DNA of 64,000 nucleotides, taken from the NCBI GenBank assembly GCA_963748015.1, contig CAVVHE010000004.1:992001-1056000 (forward strand). The letters are read 5' to 3'. The notes beneath the pieces are model-generated. The model saw nothing but the letters and a program-made list of their open reading frames with translations, was not told where the DNA came from and searched no databases. Both the position numbers and the translations under genes were made by a program. Within the stretch, counting starts at the first letter, position 1, and every line of letters begins with the position of its first letter. Positions 24,545 to 34,736 of the stretch are shown piece after piece. The DNA is from Terriglobia bacterium. GTDB lineage: Bacteria > Acidobacteriota > Polarisedimenticolia > Polarisedimenticolales > JAIQFR01.

Positions 24545-25311
24545 CAAACCTTCCCCACCGTCTCGCCGGGCACCCACCCGTTCAGGCCGTTCGGGAGGCT
24601 GACCTGGATCCAGTCCTGCCGCTCCGCGCGGATCTCGAGCGCGAGCCCCTCGTGCACGGTGAACAGCACGGCGTTGTTCGTGCCGGGGCCCGCGCGCACC
24701 TCGACGGACGGCGCGAGGACGACCGCCAGGGGCGCGCCCTCGAGGCGGTCCCTCGTCGAGAGCCACGAGGCGCCCACGACCAGCAGGAGGAGGAGCAGGC
24801 TCGCGAGCACCCACCCCGCGGAGGCGTTCCACCCTCCGGGGCGCGCCGAGCGCCAGGCCACGAGTCCCGCGACGAGCCACACCAGGACGAGGAGGGCGAC
24901 GGCCTGGCGGTCCGGCCCGATTGCGTCCTGCAGGCTCCGGACGATGCGGATGGGAGCCGCCACCTCCGGCGCCTCGACGCGGTCGTAGCAGCGCCCACGG
25001 GCGAGCTCGAGGTTCGCGCGAATGTCGGCATCGGTCGGGTCGAGACGGCGCGCTCGCTCGAAGTGCAGGATCGCCTCCCCGAGCCGGCCGAGGCGGAACG
25101 CGGCGCAGCCGAGGTTGTACTCGGCTCGCCCGTCGCGTATTCCGTAGCGCAGGACGGTGCGATAGGCCTCGGCCGCCTCCTCGTAGCTCCCCTTTTCGAA
25201 CGCGGCGTTGCCGCGGGAGAAGGTCTCCTCCGGGGTCTCGGCGCGGGCGGGCGCCGCGGAAGCGAGCGCCAGCGCGAGCGCGCCCGCGGCGAAAAGGATC
25301 CGCCGCCTCAT
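24544..25311 (-). CDS. BatE-like TPR + TM + SH3 protein
   Basis: Signal peptide, TPR (YNLGCA), two TM helices, SH3-like RAGPG..HEG..GWV; last bat gene. Confidence 0.85.
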   Translation of the reverse strand: MRRRILFAAGALALALASAAPARAETPEETFSRGNAAFEKGSYEEAAEAYRTVLRYGIRDGRAEYNLGCAAFRLGRLGEAILHFERARRLDPTDADIRANLELARGRCYDRVEAPEVAAPIRIVRSLQDAIGPDRQAVALLVLVWLVAGLVAWRSARPGGWNASAGWVLASLLLLLLVVGASWLSTRDRLEGAPLAVVLAPSVEVRAGPGTNNAVLFTVHEGLALEIRAERQDWIQVSLPNGLNGWVPGETVGKV

Positions 25312-27137
25312 AGCGCCTTCTCGAGGAGGTCCACGATCTCTCGCGCTTCCTCCAGGGATTGCGTCTTCCGCTCGGCGCCGCCGGAGTCGGCGACGAAGCG
25401 GGCGAAGTCGCAGCTCTCGAGACAGGTCCGGTAGCGCTGCCGAAGCGCGGTGTCCACTCCCCGAGCGGCGAGCAGCTCGTCGGCCACGTCGTAGGTGAGT
25501 CCCGCCGGGGAGCGGTCGAACCGGTCGGCGACGTACTCGACGAGCGCGCGAGCCACGCCTTCGTGGAACGCGGCGGCGTCCGCGCCGCGGAGCCGGTGCT
25601 CGCTCGCCCTGAGGCGCTTCCTCGCCAGCCCACGCGCCCGCCGCGCTCGGAGGAGCCCGCGGTCCTGCGACAGGCGCGACCGGTAGCGGCCCACCCCGAT
25701 CGCCACCGGGACCAGTATCAGGGGAATCACGAGCAACGCCGTGAACGACGAGCGGCGGTCGAAACGGGGGTGGCCGATCGAGAGCTTCCCGCGAAGCGGC
25801 TTGATGAACGCGATGTCGGTCCGCTGCGCCTGCACCGCTCCCCGCGCCACCGGCTGCTCGGTCGGCCGGTCGCTCCTCCTCACGGAGATCAGCGTCGGCT
25901 CGCCGCGCAGTTCGCGGTAGGCGCCCGCCGCCGGGTCGAAGTAGGAGAAGCGGACCGCGGGGAGGCGAACCTCGCCGGGGGCGAGCGGCACGAGCACCCA
26001 CTCCCAGGTGCGCACCGAGCGGAGCTTCCCGCCCGGGGTGGATGCCGAGTCGGTGATCTTCGGCTCGAACACCTTGAGATCCGTGGGGGCGTCGAGCCGC
26101 GGCGGCGCCACCGATTGGAGCGAGCCTTCCCCCTCCACCGTCACCTTGAGCGCCACCGCGTCGTTGACCTGGACCTCCGTCCGGTCGAGCAGGGCCCTGA
26201 GCTTGAACGAGCCGACCGCGCCGCTGAACTCCGCCGGCTTCCCCGCCTCCGGCAGCGGCCGGATCCTGAGCCGGATGGGATCCGTCTTGCGGACCACCAC
26301 GCTGGCGCCGCCCCCCCTCAGGAAATCCTCGAAGAGGTCGCCCGATGGGCGCCGGATCTGCACCTGGGCCGCGAACGGATCGATCGTGATCTCGCCGGGG
26401 GAAGTGGGAACGAGGACCCTCCTGACGACCGGGTAGGCGCTGTATCGGCGCCCGCCGATGCCCGTCTGATAGCGCTCGGCATTCGCGTCGGTCGGGACCT
26501 CCTCCACCCAGAAATTCGAGAACGAGGGGAACCCCATCCAGGAAAGTCCGCGCACGTCGACTCCGGACGCGAAGAGCGTGACCGTCAGCGGCACCTGCTG
26601 GCGGACCCACACGTCCGTCGCACCCGCCTCGGCCTTGAGGAACGCGTCCGCGGTCCCGTCGGCCGCACGCTCCTCGTCCCCGGCCGCAGGGGGCGAGCGT
26701 CGCTGCGGCCCCGCCGGCGCGGTGATCCCGCGCTCGACCTCGAGGCGGATCGGCTCCGTGCGGCGGACGGCCGAGCCGATCCGCACGGCGATCGGCGGGA
26801 TCTCCGCCGGGCCCGGCCCGCCCGCCAGCAGCGTGTATCTCAGGACGACGCTGGCGTAGCGCCGGATCTGGAGACCCTGCATCTCGAACGACGCGCTCGT
26901 GGACTTGTTCGGTCCGTCGAGCACCCTCAGATTGATCAGCGGGGGGAGCTCGCGGACGGAGACGTCGTCCACCTCGCTTCCCTCGACCTGGATGATGAGG
27001 GCGATGGGCTGCGTGTCCGAGACGCGCCCTCGCGGCTCGACGAACGCGCGCAGGCGCAGGTCGTCCGCCGCCCCGGCCGGGAGCGCGGGGAGGACCAGCG
27101 CGAGCGCCAGCGCCGCGATCCAGTGTCGTGCGATCAC
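25308..27137 (-). CDS. BatD-family protein
   Basis: Signal peptide, beta-sandwich repeats, FSGAVGSF, FSYFDP, C-terminal TM and CDFARF. Confidence 0.88.
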   Translation of the reverse strand: MIARHWIAALALALVLPALPAGAADDLRLRAFVEPRGRVSDTQPIALIIQVEGSEVDDVSVRELPPLINLRVLDGPNKSTSASFEMQGLQIRRYASVVLRYTLLAGGPGPAEIPPIAVRIGSAVRRTEPIRLEVERGITAPAGPQRRSPPAAGDEERAADGTADAFLKAEAGATDVWVRQQVPLTVTLFASGVDVRGLSWMGFPSFSNFWVEEVPTDANAERYQTGIGGRRYSAYPVVRRVLVPTSPGEITIDPFAAQVQIRRPSGDLFEDFLRGGGASVVVRKTDPIRLRIRPLPEAGKPAEFSGAVGSFKLRALLDRTEVQVNDAVALKVTVEGEGSLQSVAPPRLDAPTDLKVFEPKITDSASTPGGKLRSVRTWEWVLVPLAPGEVRLPAVRFSYFDPAAGAYRELRGEPTLISVRRSDRPTEQPVARGAVQAQRTDIAFIKPLRGKLSIGHPRFDRRSSFTALLVIPLILVPVAIGVGRYRSRLSQDRGLLRARRARGLARKRLRASEHRLRGADAAAFHEGVARALVEYVADRFDRSPAGLTYDVADELLAARGVDTALRQRYRTCLESCDFARFVADSGGAERKTQSLEEAREIVDLLEKAL

Positions 27138-27880
27138 CAGTCCTCCGCGGGCTCCGACTCTTCCTGCTTCGCGCGCCGCTCCGCCTGCTTCTTGAGCGCC
27201 GCCTTCTCCTGCTCGCCCAGCGAATCGAGGAGGTTCTTGGCTTGCTCGGCGGTCATCCCGCCGGCCGGACGCCGATCCTTCCCGCCACGGTCCTTCTCGT
27301 CCTTCGGCTCCGGCCGCGGCGCCTGCTGTTGCGGCTCCTGGTCCTTCTTCTCGTCTTTCTTCTCGTCCCCGCCGCCCGCAGGCTGCTGTTCCTTCTTGTC
27401 CTTCCCCTGCTTCTGCTGCTGTTGCTGCTCGTCCTGCTCCTTCTGTTGCTGCTTCTTCTCCTCCGCCGCGCGCAGCGAGAGCTCGTAGTTCCGCTTCGCG
27501 TCCCGGTCCGCCGGAACGGACTCGAGCGTCCTCCGGTACGCCTTCGCGGCCTCGTCGTATTTCTCCTGCCGGAAGAGGGCGTTCCCGAGGTTATACGACA
27601 CGGAGGGCGCCAGGGTCGGGGGCGCCGAGAGAAGGGCGCGCGCGTACGCCTCCGCCGCCCCGTCCCACTTCTTCTGGCGATACAGGACGTTGCCGATGTC
27701 GTAGTGCAGCTCCGGCGCCTCCGGAGCGCCGACCTGCGCCTCGGTGTACGCGCGGAGGGCGTCGTCGAAGACCTTCTCCTCGTACTTGCGGTTCCCCTCC
27801 TCCGTCTTCCTGTGGACCGTCCCGCCGATCGGGAGCGAGAGCGCGGCCAGCGCGACCCCCGCGATCACCGCGTGCATCAT
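27134..27880 (-). CDS. BatC-like TPR protein with Gln/Lys-rich tail
   Basis: YNLGNALF, AKRNYEL, low-complexity Q/K/D tail ending in DW. Confidence 0.85.
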   Translation of the reverse strand: MMHAVIAGVALAALSLPIGGTVHRKTEEGNRKYEEKVFDDALRAYTEAQVGAPEAPELHYDIGNVLYRQKKWDGAAEAYARALLSAPPTLAPSVSYNLGNALFRQEKYDEAAKAYRRTLESVPADRDAKRNYELSLRAAEEKKQQQKEQDEQQQQQKQGKDKKEQQPAGGGDEKKDEKKDQEPQQQAPRPEPKDEKDRGGKDRRPAGGMTAEQAKNLLDSLGEQEKAALKKQAERRAKQEESEPAEDW

Positions 27881-28935
27881 GCGCGCTCCTCCCGTCTCCT
27901 CCGCCACCAGGCTCTCGGGAGCCCTCGCCGATCGGACACGGCGGTGGCGGCGATGAGCGCCAGCAGCGCGAGCGACAAGGGAATCTGGAACCGCTCCTCG
28001 TATCTCGCCCTCATGACGGTGCCGAACTCCGAAGCGTCCATCCCGGCGATGTCCTTCGCGATGTCCTCCACCTCCCCCTCGGACGGGGCGGCGTCGAAGT
28101 AGCGTCCGCCGGTCGCGAGGGTGAGCTTCCCGAGCGTCTCGTCGTTCAAGCGGCTCGTGACGAGGCGTCCCTCGCGGTCCTTCTTGTACGAGGAGGGCCC
28201 GGCGCTCTCTCCCCCCTCGGGAACGGGCGCCCCGCGCCGCGTCCCGCAGCCGACGGCGAACACGCGAACTCCCGACTTCTCGAGGAGCCTCGCCGACTCG
28301 TCGATTCCCCCCTCGTGGTCCTCCCCGTCGCTGAAGAGGACGAGGGCCTTGCCCCGGACCTCCTTGGACGACGGCGGCCCGGCGCCGAAAGCGCGGACGG
28401 CGACCTCGGCGGCCTCGGCGACGGCGGTGCCGCGAGCGGACACCGCGCCCACCTCCACCGAGTCGAGGAACAGCCGGACGGCCTCGCTGTCCAGCGTCAG
28501 CGGGCAGGCGAGCGTGGCCTTGCCCGCGAAGGTCACGAGCCCGACGCGGTTTCCCCCCAGGCGCTTGAGCAGCGCGTCCGCCGCGTGCTTCGCCTGGCGC
28601 AGGCGGTCGGGAGGGGCGTCCTGGGCCGCCATGCTCAGCGACGTGTCGATGGCGATCACGACGTCCACACCCTTGCGGGTCACCGGCTCGAGCCGCGTTC
28701 CCCACTGCGGCCGCGCGGCCGCGACGATGCCCGCCGACGCCGCCACGAGGAGCAGCAGGACGCGGATCGCGCGCCGGTGCGGGCTCACCTGGTCCAGGAA
28801 TCTCGAGGCGTGCGCCGTCCCGCCGGCGAACTTCGCCAGCATGACCCGCCGCCGCGCCGCGAAGAAGATCGCCGCGCCCCCGCCGAGCGGGACCAGCAAC
28901 AGGAGGAAGAGGACCCACGCCTCGCCGAACCGCAT
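27877..28935 (-). CDS. BatB-like VWA protein
   Basis: ARPQWG, MIDAS DTSLSM, CPLTLD, SDGEDH. Confidence 0.9.
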   Translation of the reverse strand: MRFGEAWVLFLLLLVPLGGGAAIFFAARRRVMLAKFAGGTAHASRFLDQVSPHRRAIRVLLLLVAASAGIVAAARPQWGTRLEPVTRKGVDVVIAIDTSLSMAAQDAPPDRLRQAKHAADALLKRLGGNRVGLVTFAGKATLACPLTLDSEAVRLFLDSVEVGAVSARGTAVAEAAEVAVRAFGAGPPSSKEVRGKALVLFSDGEDHEGGIDESARLLEKSGVRVFAVGCGTRRGAPVPEGGESAGPSSYKKDREGRLVTSRLNDETLGKLTLATGGRYFDAAPSEGEVEDIAKDIAGMDASEFGTVMRARYEERFQIPLSLALLALIAATAVSDRRGLPRAWWRRRREERA

Positions 28936-29930
28936 CAGGGAATCCTCCGGAGCCTCGTGGCGGCCAGCAGCGTCTCGCCCAGGAACAGCAGCCCGGCGGG
29001 GAACAGCGCCAGCGGGAACAGCTCGGTGTAGAGGACCCTCACCCGGCTCTCGATCCGTGTCTTCTCGAGCGCGTCGATCTTGGCGAACACCTGCCGCAGC
29101 GCCTCGGGATCGGTCGCCCTGTAGTAGCTGCCTCCGGTCGCCGCCGCGATCTTCGTCAGCAGCGGCTCGTCCAGCTCCTCGCGCAGCATCACGTACCGCT
29201 TCCCGAACGGGCCGCCCGATACCGGATACGGAGCTTCCCCCTGGCTTCCCACGCCGACGGTGTACACGCGTACCCCGAGCGCCCTCGCCGCCTCGGCGGC
29301 TGCCTCGGGGCCGATCTGGCCCCGGTTGTTCCGGCCGTCCGTGACCAGCACGACCACCTTGCTCCGCGCGGGCGAGGTTCGCAGGCGGTTCACCGCGGTT
29401 GCGAGCCCGAGGCCGATCGCCGTCCCGTCGTCCTCCTGCGGCGTGAAATCCACCTCGTCCAGGAAGCTCTCGAGCATCGCGTGGTCCAGCGTGAGAGGGC
29501 AGCGCGTCGTCGCGATCGCGGAAAAGACGACGAGACCGATACGGTCGGTCTCGCGCCCGCCGACGAACTCCGCGACCGTCTTCTTCGCCACGGCGAGCCG
29601 GTTGAGCGGGCGGAAATCCTCCGCCCGCATCGATCCCGAGATGTCGATGGCGACGACGATGTCCACGCCCTCGGTGCTGACCGTCTCCTCCCGCGCGCCG
29701 CTCTGCGGGCGGGCCAGCGCCAGGACGAGCAGGACGAGCACAGCCCCCCGCACCCACGGCAACGCCCGGTCGAGGTACGTCCAGGGGCTCCGGGCGATCG
29801 CCGCGAGACCGGCGGCCCCGGGGAGACGGACCCTCGCGGCGCGGCGTGTCCGCGCGCGGGCCATCCACCACGCCGCCGCCACCGCCGCGGGCAAGAGGAG
29901 CAAGGCCCAGGGGGTGCCGAAGCGGAACAT
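28935..29930 (-). CDS. BatA-like VWA protein
   Basis: ARPQ, MIDAS DISGSM, GTAIGLG, TDGRNN. Confidence 0.92.
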   Translation of the reverse strand: MFRFGTPWALLLLPAAVAAAWWMARARTRRAARVRLPGAAGLAAIARSPWTYLDRALPWVRGAVLVLLVLALARPQSGAREETVSTEGVDIVVAIDISGSMRAEDFRPLNRLAVAKKTVAEFVGGRETDRIGLVVFSAIATTRCPLTLDHAMLESFLDEVDFTPQEDDGTAIGLGLATAVNRLRTSPARSKVVVLVTDGRNNRGQIGPEAAAEAARALGVRVYTVGVGSQGEAPYPVSGGPFGKRYVMLREELDEPLLTKIAAATGGSYYRATDPEALRQVFAKIDALEKTRIESRVRVLYTELFPLALFPAGLLFLGETLLAATRLRRIP

Positions 29931-30931
29931 CAGGCCGCCCCCTTCTCCGCGGCGACGGGCTCGCCTGCCGCCGCAGGCTCCTCGGCCGGGCGGGTCGCGT
30001 CCACGATCCGGTACGCTTCGTCCACCGAGGTCCGGCACCAGGCGGGGTCGGGAAGCTCGCGAGCGAACTTGACGCCGTCGCAGCGCTCGAGCAGGCCGCG
30101 CGCGGACCGCGCCGCCTCCTGGGGCGCTCCCGCCTCCGCGAGCAGCCCGGGGACCTCGGCGGTGGTGCTCTCCATCAGCGGGACCCGGTAGCGGCCCCCG
30201 AGGTAGAGCTTGAGGATCCGCGAGAGCTCCGCGAAGAACAGCTCGATCTCCCCGTCGTCCGAGAGCCTCCGGTCCAGGAGGCGCTTGAGCTCCGCATACG
30301 CCCAGACGTGCGGCGGAAGGCGCCGGAACGGGTCCTCCGGGGCCCCGACCGCGGCGAGCCTCGAGGCGAGCCGCCGGTGAATCCACCAGGCCGCGAACGC
30401 GGCCGCCGCCAGTGCCCCGAGGATGCCGAGAGCGACCCACAGCGGCCGGTAGTCCGGGGGGATGGTGGCCGGCGGCTTCAGATCCGAGAGCTCCTGCTTG
30501 GCCGCGCCCGCGGCGTCCTTTCCGGGCAGGACGCTACGGACCTCCACCTGGACCGGGTCCGACTTCAGCACCGACGCCGCGCCCGCTCCCTGAACGCGCA
30601 CCTCGACGGACGGGACCTCGAGCGTTCCCGTCTCGAAGGCCGCGAGGCGGGCCCTGAGGGTGAAGCGGACCTGCCCTCCCGCCGCCACCGGGCCCTCCCA
30701 GGACGGCTCGAACACGGTGAAGGGACCGAGCTCCAGGCCGACGTCGGGGCGCTCGGCGGTGTACCCCTGCGGGAGGGTGACCTCGAGAACAGCGTCGAGG
30801 CGATCGCCCACGGTCGCGGCGGAGGGCGACACCCGGAGCACCGCGCTTCCCGCGGCGGCCGCCGTCGCGGATTTCGAGCCGCCGGCGGCGACGAGCAGCG
30901 CGACGCAGGTCGCGGCGAGCCAACCTCGCAT
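29930..30931 (-). CDS. Bat-operon membrane-anchored conserved protein
   Basis: Signal peptide, beta domain, TM helix, ESTTAE and DGVKFA motifs; position between DUF58 and batA. Confidence 0.75.
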   Translation of the reverse strand: MRGWLAATCVALLVAAGGSKSATAAAAGSAVLRVSPSAATVGDRLDAVLEVTLPQGYTAERPDVGLELGPFTVFEPSWEGPVAAGGQVRFTLRARLAAFETGTLEVPSVEVRVQGAGAASVLKSDPVQVEVRSVLPGKDAAGAAKQELSDLKPPATIPPDYRPLWVALGILGALAAAAFAAWWIHRRLASRLAAVGAPEDPFRRLPPHVWAYAELKRLLDRRLSDDGEIELFFAELSRILKLYLGGRYRVPLMESTTAEVPGLLAEAGAPQEAARSARGLLERCDGVKFARELPDPAWCRTSVDEAYRIVDATRPAEEPAAAGEPVAAEKGAA

Positions 30932-30937
30932 GTTCCC

Positions 30938-31828
30938 CTACCCTCCCGATCTCGCGACGCGGCGCGCCCGCTCACGGAAGAAGCGCACGAGCGGCCGGTC
31001 GTACGGCTCGGCGGTCGACAGCGCCAGGAGCTCCACCCCCGCGCTCTTGAGGGCGCGCACCGTCGCCTCGCGGCTCGCTTCCGCGCGGCTCGCGTACGCG
31101 GAGCGGACCCGTCCGCTCCCGGCGTCGAGCAGCACCAGCGCTCCCGTCTCCGGATCCTCCGCCGCGACGAGGCCGGTGTCTGGCAGGACGCTCTCCCTCG
31201 GGTCGGACACCGAGATGGCCACGACGTCGTGCTTCCGCGCGAGCGCGCGGAGCGTCTTCCCGTAGCCGCTGTCCTGGAAGTCCGAGACCAGAAAGAGCAC
31301 CGCGCGCTTCGTCACGACGCGCCGCAGCACCTCGAGCGCCCGCAAGATGTCGGTGCCCCGCCCCTCGGTCTCGAACGCGAGCAGCTCGCGCAGGACGCGC
31401 AGCGCGTGCTCGCGGCCCCGGCGCGGCGGCACGAACCGCTCGATCCGGTCGGTGAAGAGCAGGAGCCCCACGCGATCGTTGTTGCGGATCGCCGAGAACG
31501 CGAGGAGCGCCGCGACCTCGGCGGCCATCTCGATCTTCGTCGCCGGCCCGGTTCCGAACCTCGCCGAGCCGCTGCCGTCCACGACCAGCATCACCGTGAG
31601 CTCGCGCTCCTCGGTGAACTTCTTGACGAACGGGTGGCCGAGGCGGGCGGAGACGTTCCAGTCGATGGTCCGCACGTCGTCGCCGGGCTCGTACTCGCGC
31701 ACCTCCGCGAACTCCATCCCGCGGCCGCGGAACACCGAGTGGTACGAGCCGGCCAGGCTCTCGTCCACCACCTTCCGGGTGCGGATCTCGAGGCGCCGCA
31801 CCCGTCGCAGCACCTCTCTCGGAGTCAC
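30938..31828 (-). CDS. DUF58 family protein
   Basis: GRGMEFAEVREYEPGDDVRTIDWNVSAR, EEREL, SDF. Confidence 0.93.
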   Translation of the reverse strand: MTPREVLRRVRRLEIRTRKVVDESLAGSYHSVFRGRGMEFAEVREYEPGDDVRTIDWNVSARLGHPFVKKFTEERELTVMLVVDGSGSARFGTGPATKIEMAAEVAALLAFSAIRNNDRVGLLLFTDRIERFVPPRRGREHALRVLRELLAFETEGRGTDILRALEVLRRVVTKRAVLFLVSDFQDSGYGKTLRALARKHDVVAISVSDPRESVLPDTGLVAAEDPETGALVLLDAGSGRVRSAYASRAEASREATVRALKSAGVELLALSTAEPYDRPLVRFFRERARRVARSGG

Positions 31829-32811
31829 GGGACCTCGACCGCGTCGAAGACGCGCTGCACCAGCTCGTCCGCGGTGACCGATTCGGCCTCGGCCTCGAAC
31901 GAGAGGATCAGCCGGTGGCGCAGGACGTCGTGGCCGATCGCCTTCACGTCCTCCGGAGTGACGAAACCGCGCCCTCGCAGGAACGCGTGCCCTCGCGCGG
32001 CGGCCACCAGGTAGAGCGTCGCGCGGGGGGAGGCGCCGTACTGCACCAGCCCCTCGAGGTCGAGCTTGAAGTCCTTCGGCCGCCGCGTCGCCTGCACCAG
32101 GCGCACGGCGTAGTCCTTGATCCGGTCGTCGACGTAGATCGAGTACATCGCCTCGCGGGCCCGCTCGAGATCCGCGAGCTCGACCACGGCGCTCGCGACG
32201 GGCTCCCGGGCGCCGCTCATCCGGTCGAGGATCTGCCGTTCCTCCTCGATCGACGGGTAGTCCACCTTCAGCTTCAGCATGAAGCGGTCCACCTGCGCCT
32301 CGGGAAGCGGATAGGTACCCTCCTGCTCGATCGGGTTCTGCGTCGCGAGCACGAGGAAGGGGGACGGCAGGGCGAACGTCGTATCGCCGAGGGTCACCTG
32401 CCGCTCCTGCATCGCCTCGAGCAGCGCCGACTGGACCTTGGCGGGAGCGCGGTTGACCTCGTCGGCCAGGACGAAGTTGGCGAACAGCGGTCCCTTGCGG
32501 GGCACGAACGTGCCGTCCTTCTGGTGGAACACCAGCGTGCCGGTGAGATCGGCGGGAAGCAGGTCCGGCGTGAACTGGATCCTCTGGAACGATCCTCGAA
32601 CGGCCGAGGCCAGGGTACGCACCGCGAGGGTCTTGGCCAGCCCCGGCACTCCTTCGAGAAGCAGATGCCCCTTGGCCAGAAGGCCGATGACCATCCGGTC
32701 GAGCAGGTAACGCTGCCCCACGATGACCTTGCGGACCTCCGTGAGGAGCTGCTCCACCACGACCGCCTCGCGTTGCACGCGCTCCTGGATCGCCTGAACC
32801 TCCTCGTGCAT
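31825..32811 (-). CDS. moxR: MoxR-family AAA+ ATPase
   Basis: EGVPGLAKT, RIQFTPDLLPAD, DEVNRAPAKVQSALLEAM, ATQNPIEQEGTYPLPEAQVDRF. Confidence 0.96.
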   Translation of the reverse strand: MHEEVQAIQERVQREAVVVEQLLTEVRKVIVGQRYLLDRMVIGLLAKGHLLLEGVPGLAKTLAVRTLASAVRGSFQRIQFTPDLLPADLTGTLVFHQKDGTFVPRKGPLFANFVLADEVNRAPAKVQSALLEAMQERQVTLGDTTFALPSPFLVLATQNPIEQEGTYPLPEAQVDRFMLKLKVDYPSIEEERQILDRMSGAREPVASAVVELADLERAREAMYSIYVDDRIKDYAVRLVQATRRPKDFKLDLEGLVQYGASPRATLYLVAAARGHAFLRGRGFVTPEDVKAIGHDVLRHRLILSFEAEAESVTADELVQRVFDAVEVP

Positions 32812-32889
32812 CCCGTCCCTCCTGACCGCGCCGCCGGGCCAACTACCCAGCTTTACTTGTTGCCATTAAACGACTTAACAAGACTGCGC

Positions 32890-32918
32890 ATTCTAAGGCA
32901 CGAGCATCGGACTGTCAA
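32890..32918 (-). promoter_or_regulatory. Putative sigma70 promoter of the moxR-bat operon
   Basis: TTGACA-17 nt-TAGAAT on the minus strand. Confidence 0.7.
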
Positions 32919-33033
32919 ATGAAGCGAAGCCCGGGCACCCTTCCGCGGCGGGACCGACCCGCCCGCCGCGAACCCTGCAAAGGCCTCCGCAGGAACCTAT
33001 ATTCCCCGGGGCGCGCGCCCCGGACGAAGCCAC

Positions 33034-34272
33034 TTGAAGAAGAAGCTCGCGGCATCCTTCCTGCTCGTGACCTGCCTCTGCACCGTCGCGGGGGTGCTGG
33101 GACCCGTGTTCCAGAACGATCCGCTCTGGGGACCGGCGCTCGTCGTCAGCCTCGACCTCGCGATCGGACTCGGAGCGGCGTGGATGGTCTCCCGCCTGCT
33201 CACCCGGAGGCTGAGGGGGCTCGCGTCGGCCGCGACGATCATCAGCCGCGGCGACCTCACTCGCGCCATCGACGTGAGCGGCGGCGACGAGACCGCGGAG
33301 CTCGCCCGCTCCTTCTCGAGCATGGTGGACAGCCTGCTCAACGTCGTTCTCGAGGCGCAGTCCACGGCGGAGCGCATCCACGGCGCGGCGGTCGAGCTCT
33401 CCACGTCGTCGGAGAGGATGAACGCGGCCACCGAGGAGATCGCCGACGCCGCGCGCGATATCGCCCGCGGGGCCGAAGAGCAGGCCGCGCAGGTCGCCCG
33501 GACCACGGCCACGACGCGAGAGCTGCGCCAGATGGTGGAGCACGTCGCGACCAGCGCGCGCGAGGCCGACTCCGCCGCCGCCGGTGCCGCCCGCAAGGCC
33601 GAGGACGGGGCCGCGGACGCGCGCCGGGTCGCGGGCGGGATCGCCGCTCTCTCCGAGAAGACCGCCGCGGCCGCGGCCAACGTCGAGGGATTCCGCCAGC
33701 AGGCGGACGAGATCGGGAAGATCGTCGCGTTCATCGGCTCGCTCTCGCAGCAGACGCACATCCTCGCCATCAACGCCGCGATCGAGGCGGCGCGGGCGGG
33801 CGAGGAGGGACGGGGATTCGCGGTGGTCGCCGACGAGGTCCGGCGCCTCTCGGAGAGCGTCTGCGGGTTCGCCGAGCAGATCTCGGCCTTGAACGAAGTG
33901 ATCCTCAAGGGCTCGCAGGAGGTGGCGCGCGACATCCGCGAGAGCGTGGCCGCGGCCGACGACGCCCGCCGCGTCGTCGCCAGCACGCTGACGTCGTTCG
34001 AGCAGATCCTCGAGGCGACCCGCGGAACGGCCCGCCTCGCGGAGGAGATCTCGAAGCAGGCCGGGATGCAGCGGGGGGCCGCGGAGACGGTCGTCGAATC
34101 GCTCGAGCGGATCTCGAGCATCGCGCACCGCAACGCCGCGGGAACCGTCGAGGCCTCGACCGCGACGACCCAGCAGAACGTCTCGATGGAGCAGATGGCC
34201 GCCTCCGCCGTCGCGCTCGCGCGGGCGTCGGACCAGCTCCGCGACACGATCGCGATCTTCAAGGTGAGATGA
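33034..34272 (+). CDS. Methyl-accepting chemotaxis protein with almost no periplasmic domain (DifA-like)
   Basis: Two TM helices separated by ~10 aa, [38 protein letters not shown] start uncertain. Confidence 0.92.
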   Translation: MKKKLAASFLLVTCLCTVAGVLGPVFQNDPLWGPALVVSLDLAIGLGAAWMVSRLLTRRLRGLASAATIISRGDLTRAIDVSGGDETAELARSFSSMVDSLLNVVLEAQSTAERIHGAAVELSTSSERMNAATEEIADAARDIARGAEEQAAQVARTTATTRELRQMVEHVATSAREADSAAAGAARKAEDGAADARRVAGGIAALSEKTAAAAANVEGFRQQADEIGKIVAFIGSLSQQTHILAINAAIEAARAGEEGRGFAVVADEVRRLSESVCGFAEQISALNEVILKGSQEVARDIRESVAAADDARRVVASTLTSFEQILEATRGTARLAEEISKQAGMQRGAAETVVESLERISSIAHRNAAGTVEASTATTQQNVSMEQMAASAVALARASDQLRDTIAIFKVR

Positions 34273-34736
34273 AGGACACCGTGCGACCGGCCTCCGACTC
34301 CTCGGCCGCGGCTCCCGCCGCGAGAAGGGAGAGCTCGGGAACGGCCCCCCTGCTGGTCGTGCGCCTCGGCGCCGGGCGCTACGCCCTGCCGCTGGCCAGC
34401 GTCTCCGACGTGGCCCGGTGCGGCCCGCTCCGGCCGGTCCCCGGCGCCCCGGTGTGCGTGCTGGGCTTGGCGGAGCGCCACGGGCGCGTCGTGACCGTGC
34501 TCGATCTCGCGAGGCTCGTCGGCGAAGCTCCCGTCGCGGGCGACCGCTGCCTCCTCCGGCTCGCCCGCCCCCTCGACCACCTCGCCCTCGCCGTGCCCTC
34601 GGCCCCGCGTCACGTGACCCTTACCGCGGGCGCGCCGCGGGAAGGCGTCCCGGACCGGGCGCCCGTCCTCCTCGATCCCGAGCGCCTCCTGGCCAAGGCG
34701 GAGTCGGGAATGCCCGGCGCTCCGCGCACGCGGTGA
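34269..34736 (+). CDS. cheW: CheW-like coupling protein
   Basis: [17 protein letters not shown]...[13 protein letters not shown] overlap with the MCP. Confidence 0.85.
   Translation: MKDTVRPASDSSAAAPAARRESSGTAPLLVVRLGAGRYALPLASVSDVARCGPLRPVPGAPVCVLGLAERHGRVVTVLDLARLVGEAPVAGDRCLLRLARPLDHLALAVPSAPRHVTLTAGAPREGVPDRAPVLLDPERLLAKAESGMPGAPRTR

Noticed and set aside
27300..27470. CTG/CTT-rich repeat-like tract
   Set aside because: Encodes the normal Gln/Lys-rich tail of BatC-like proteins; not a CRISPR array or satellite.
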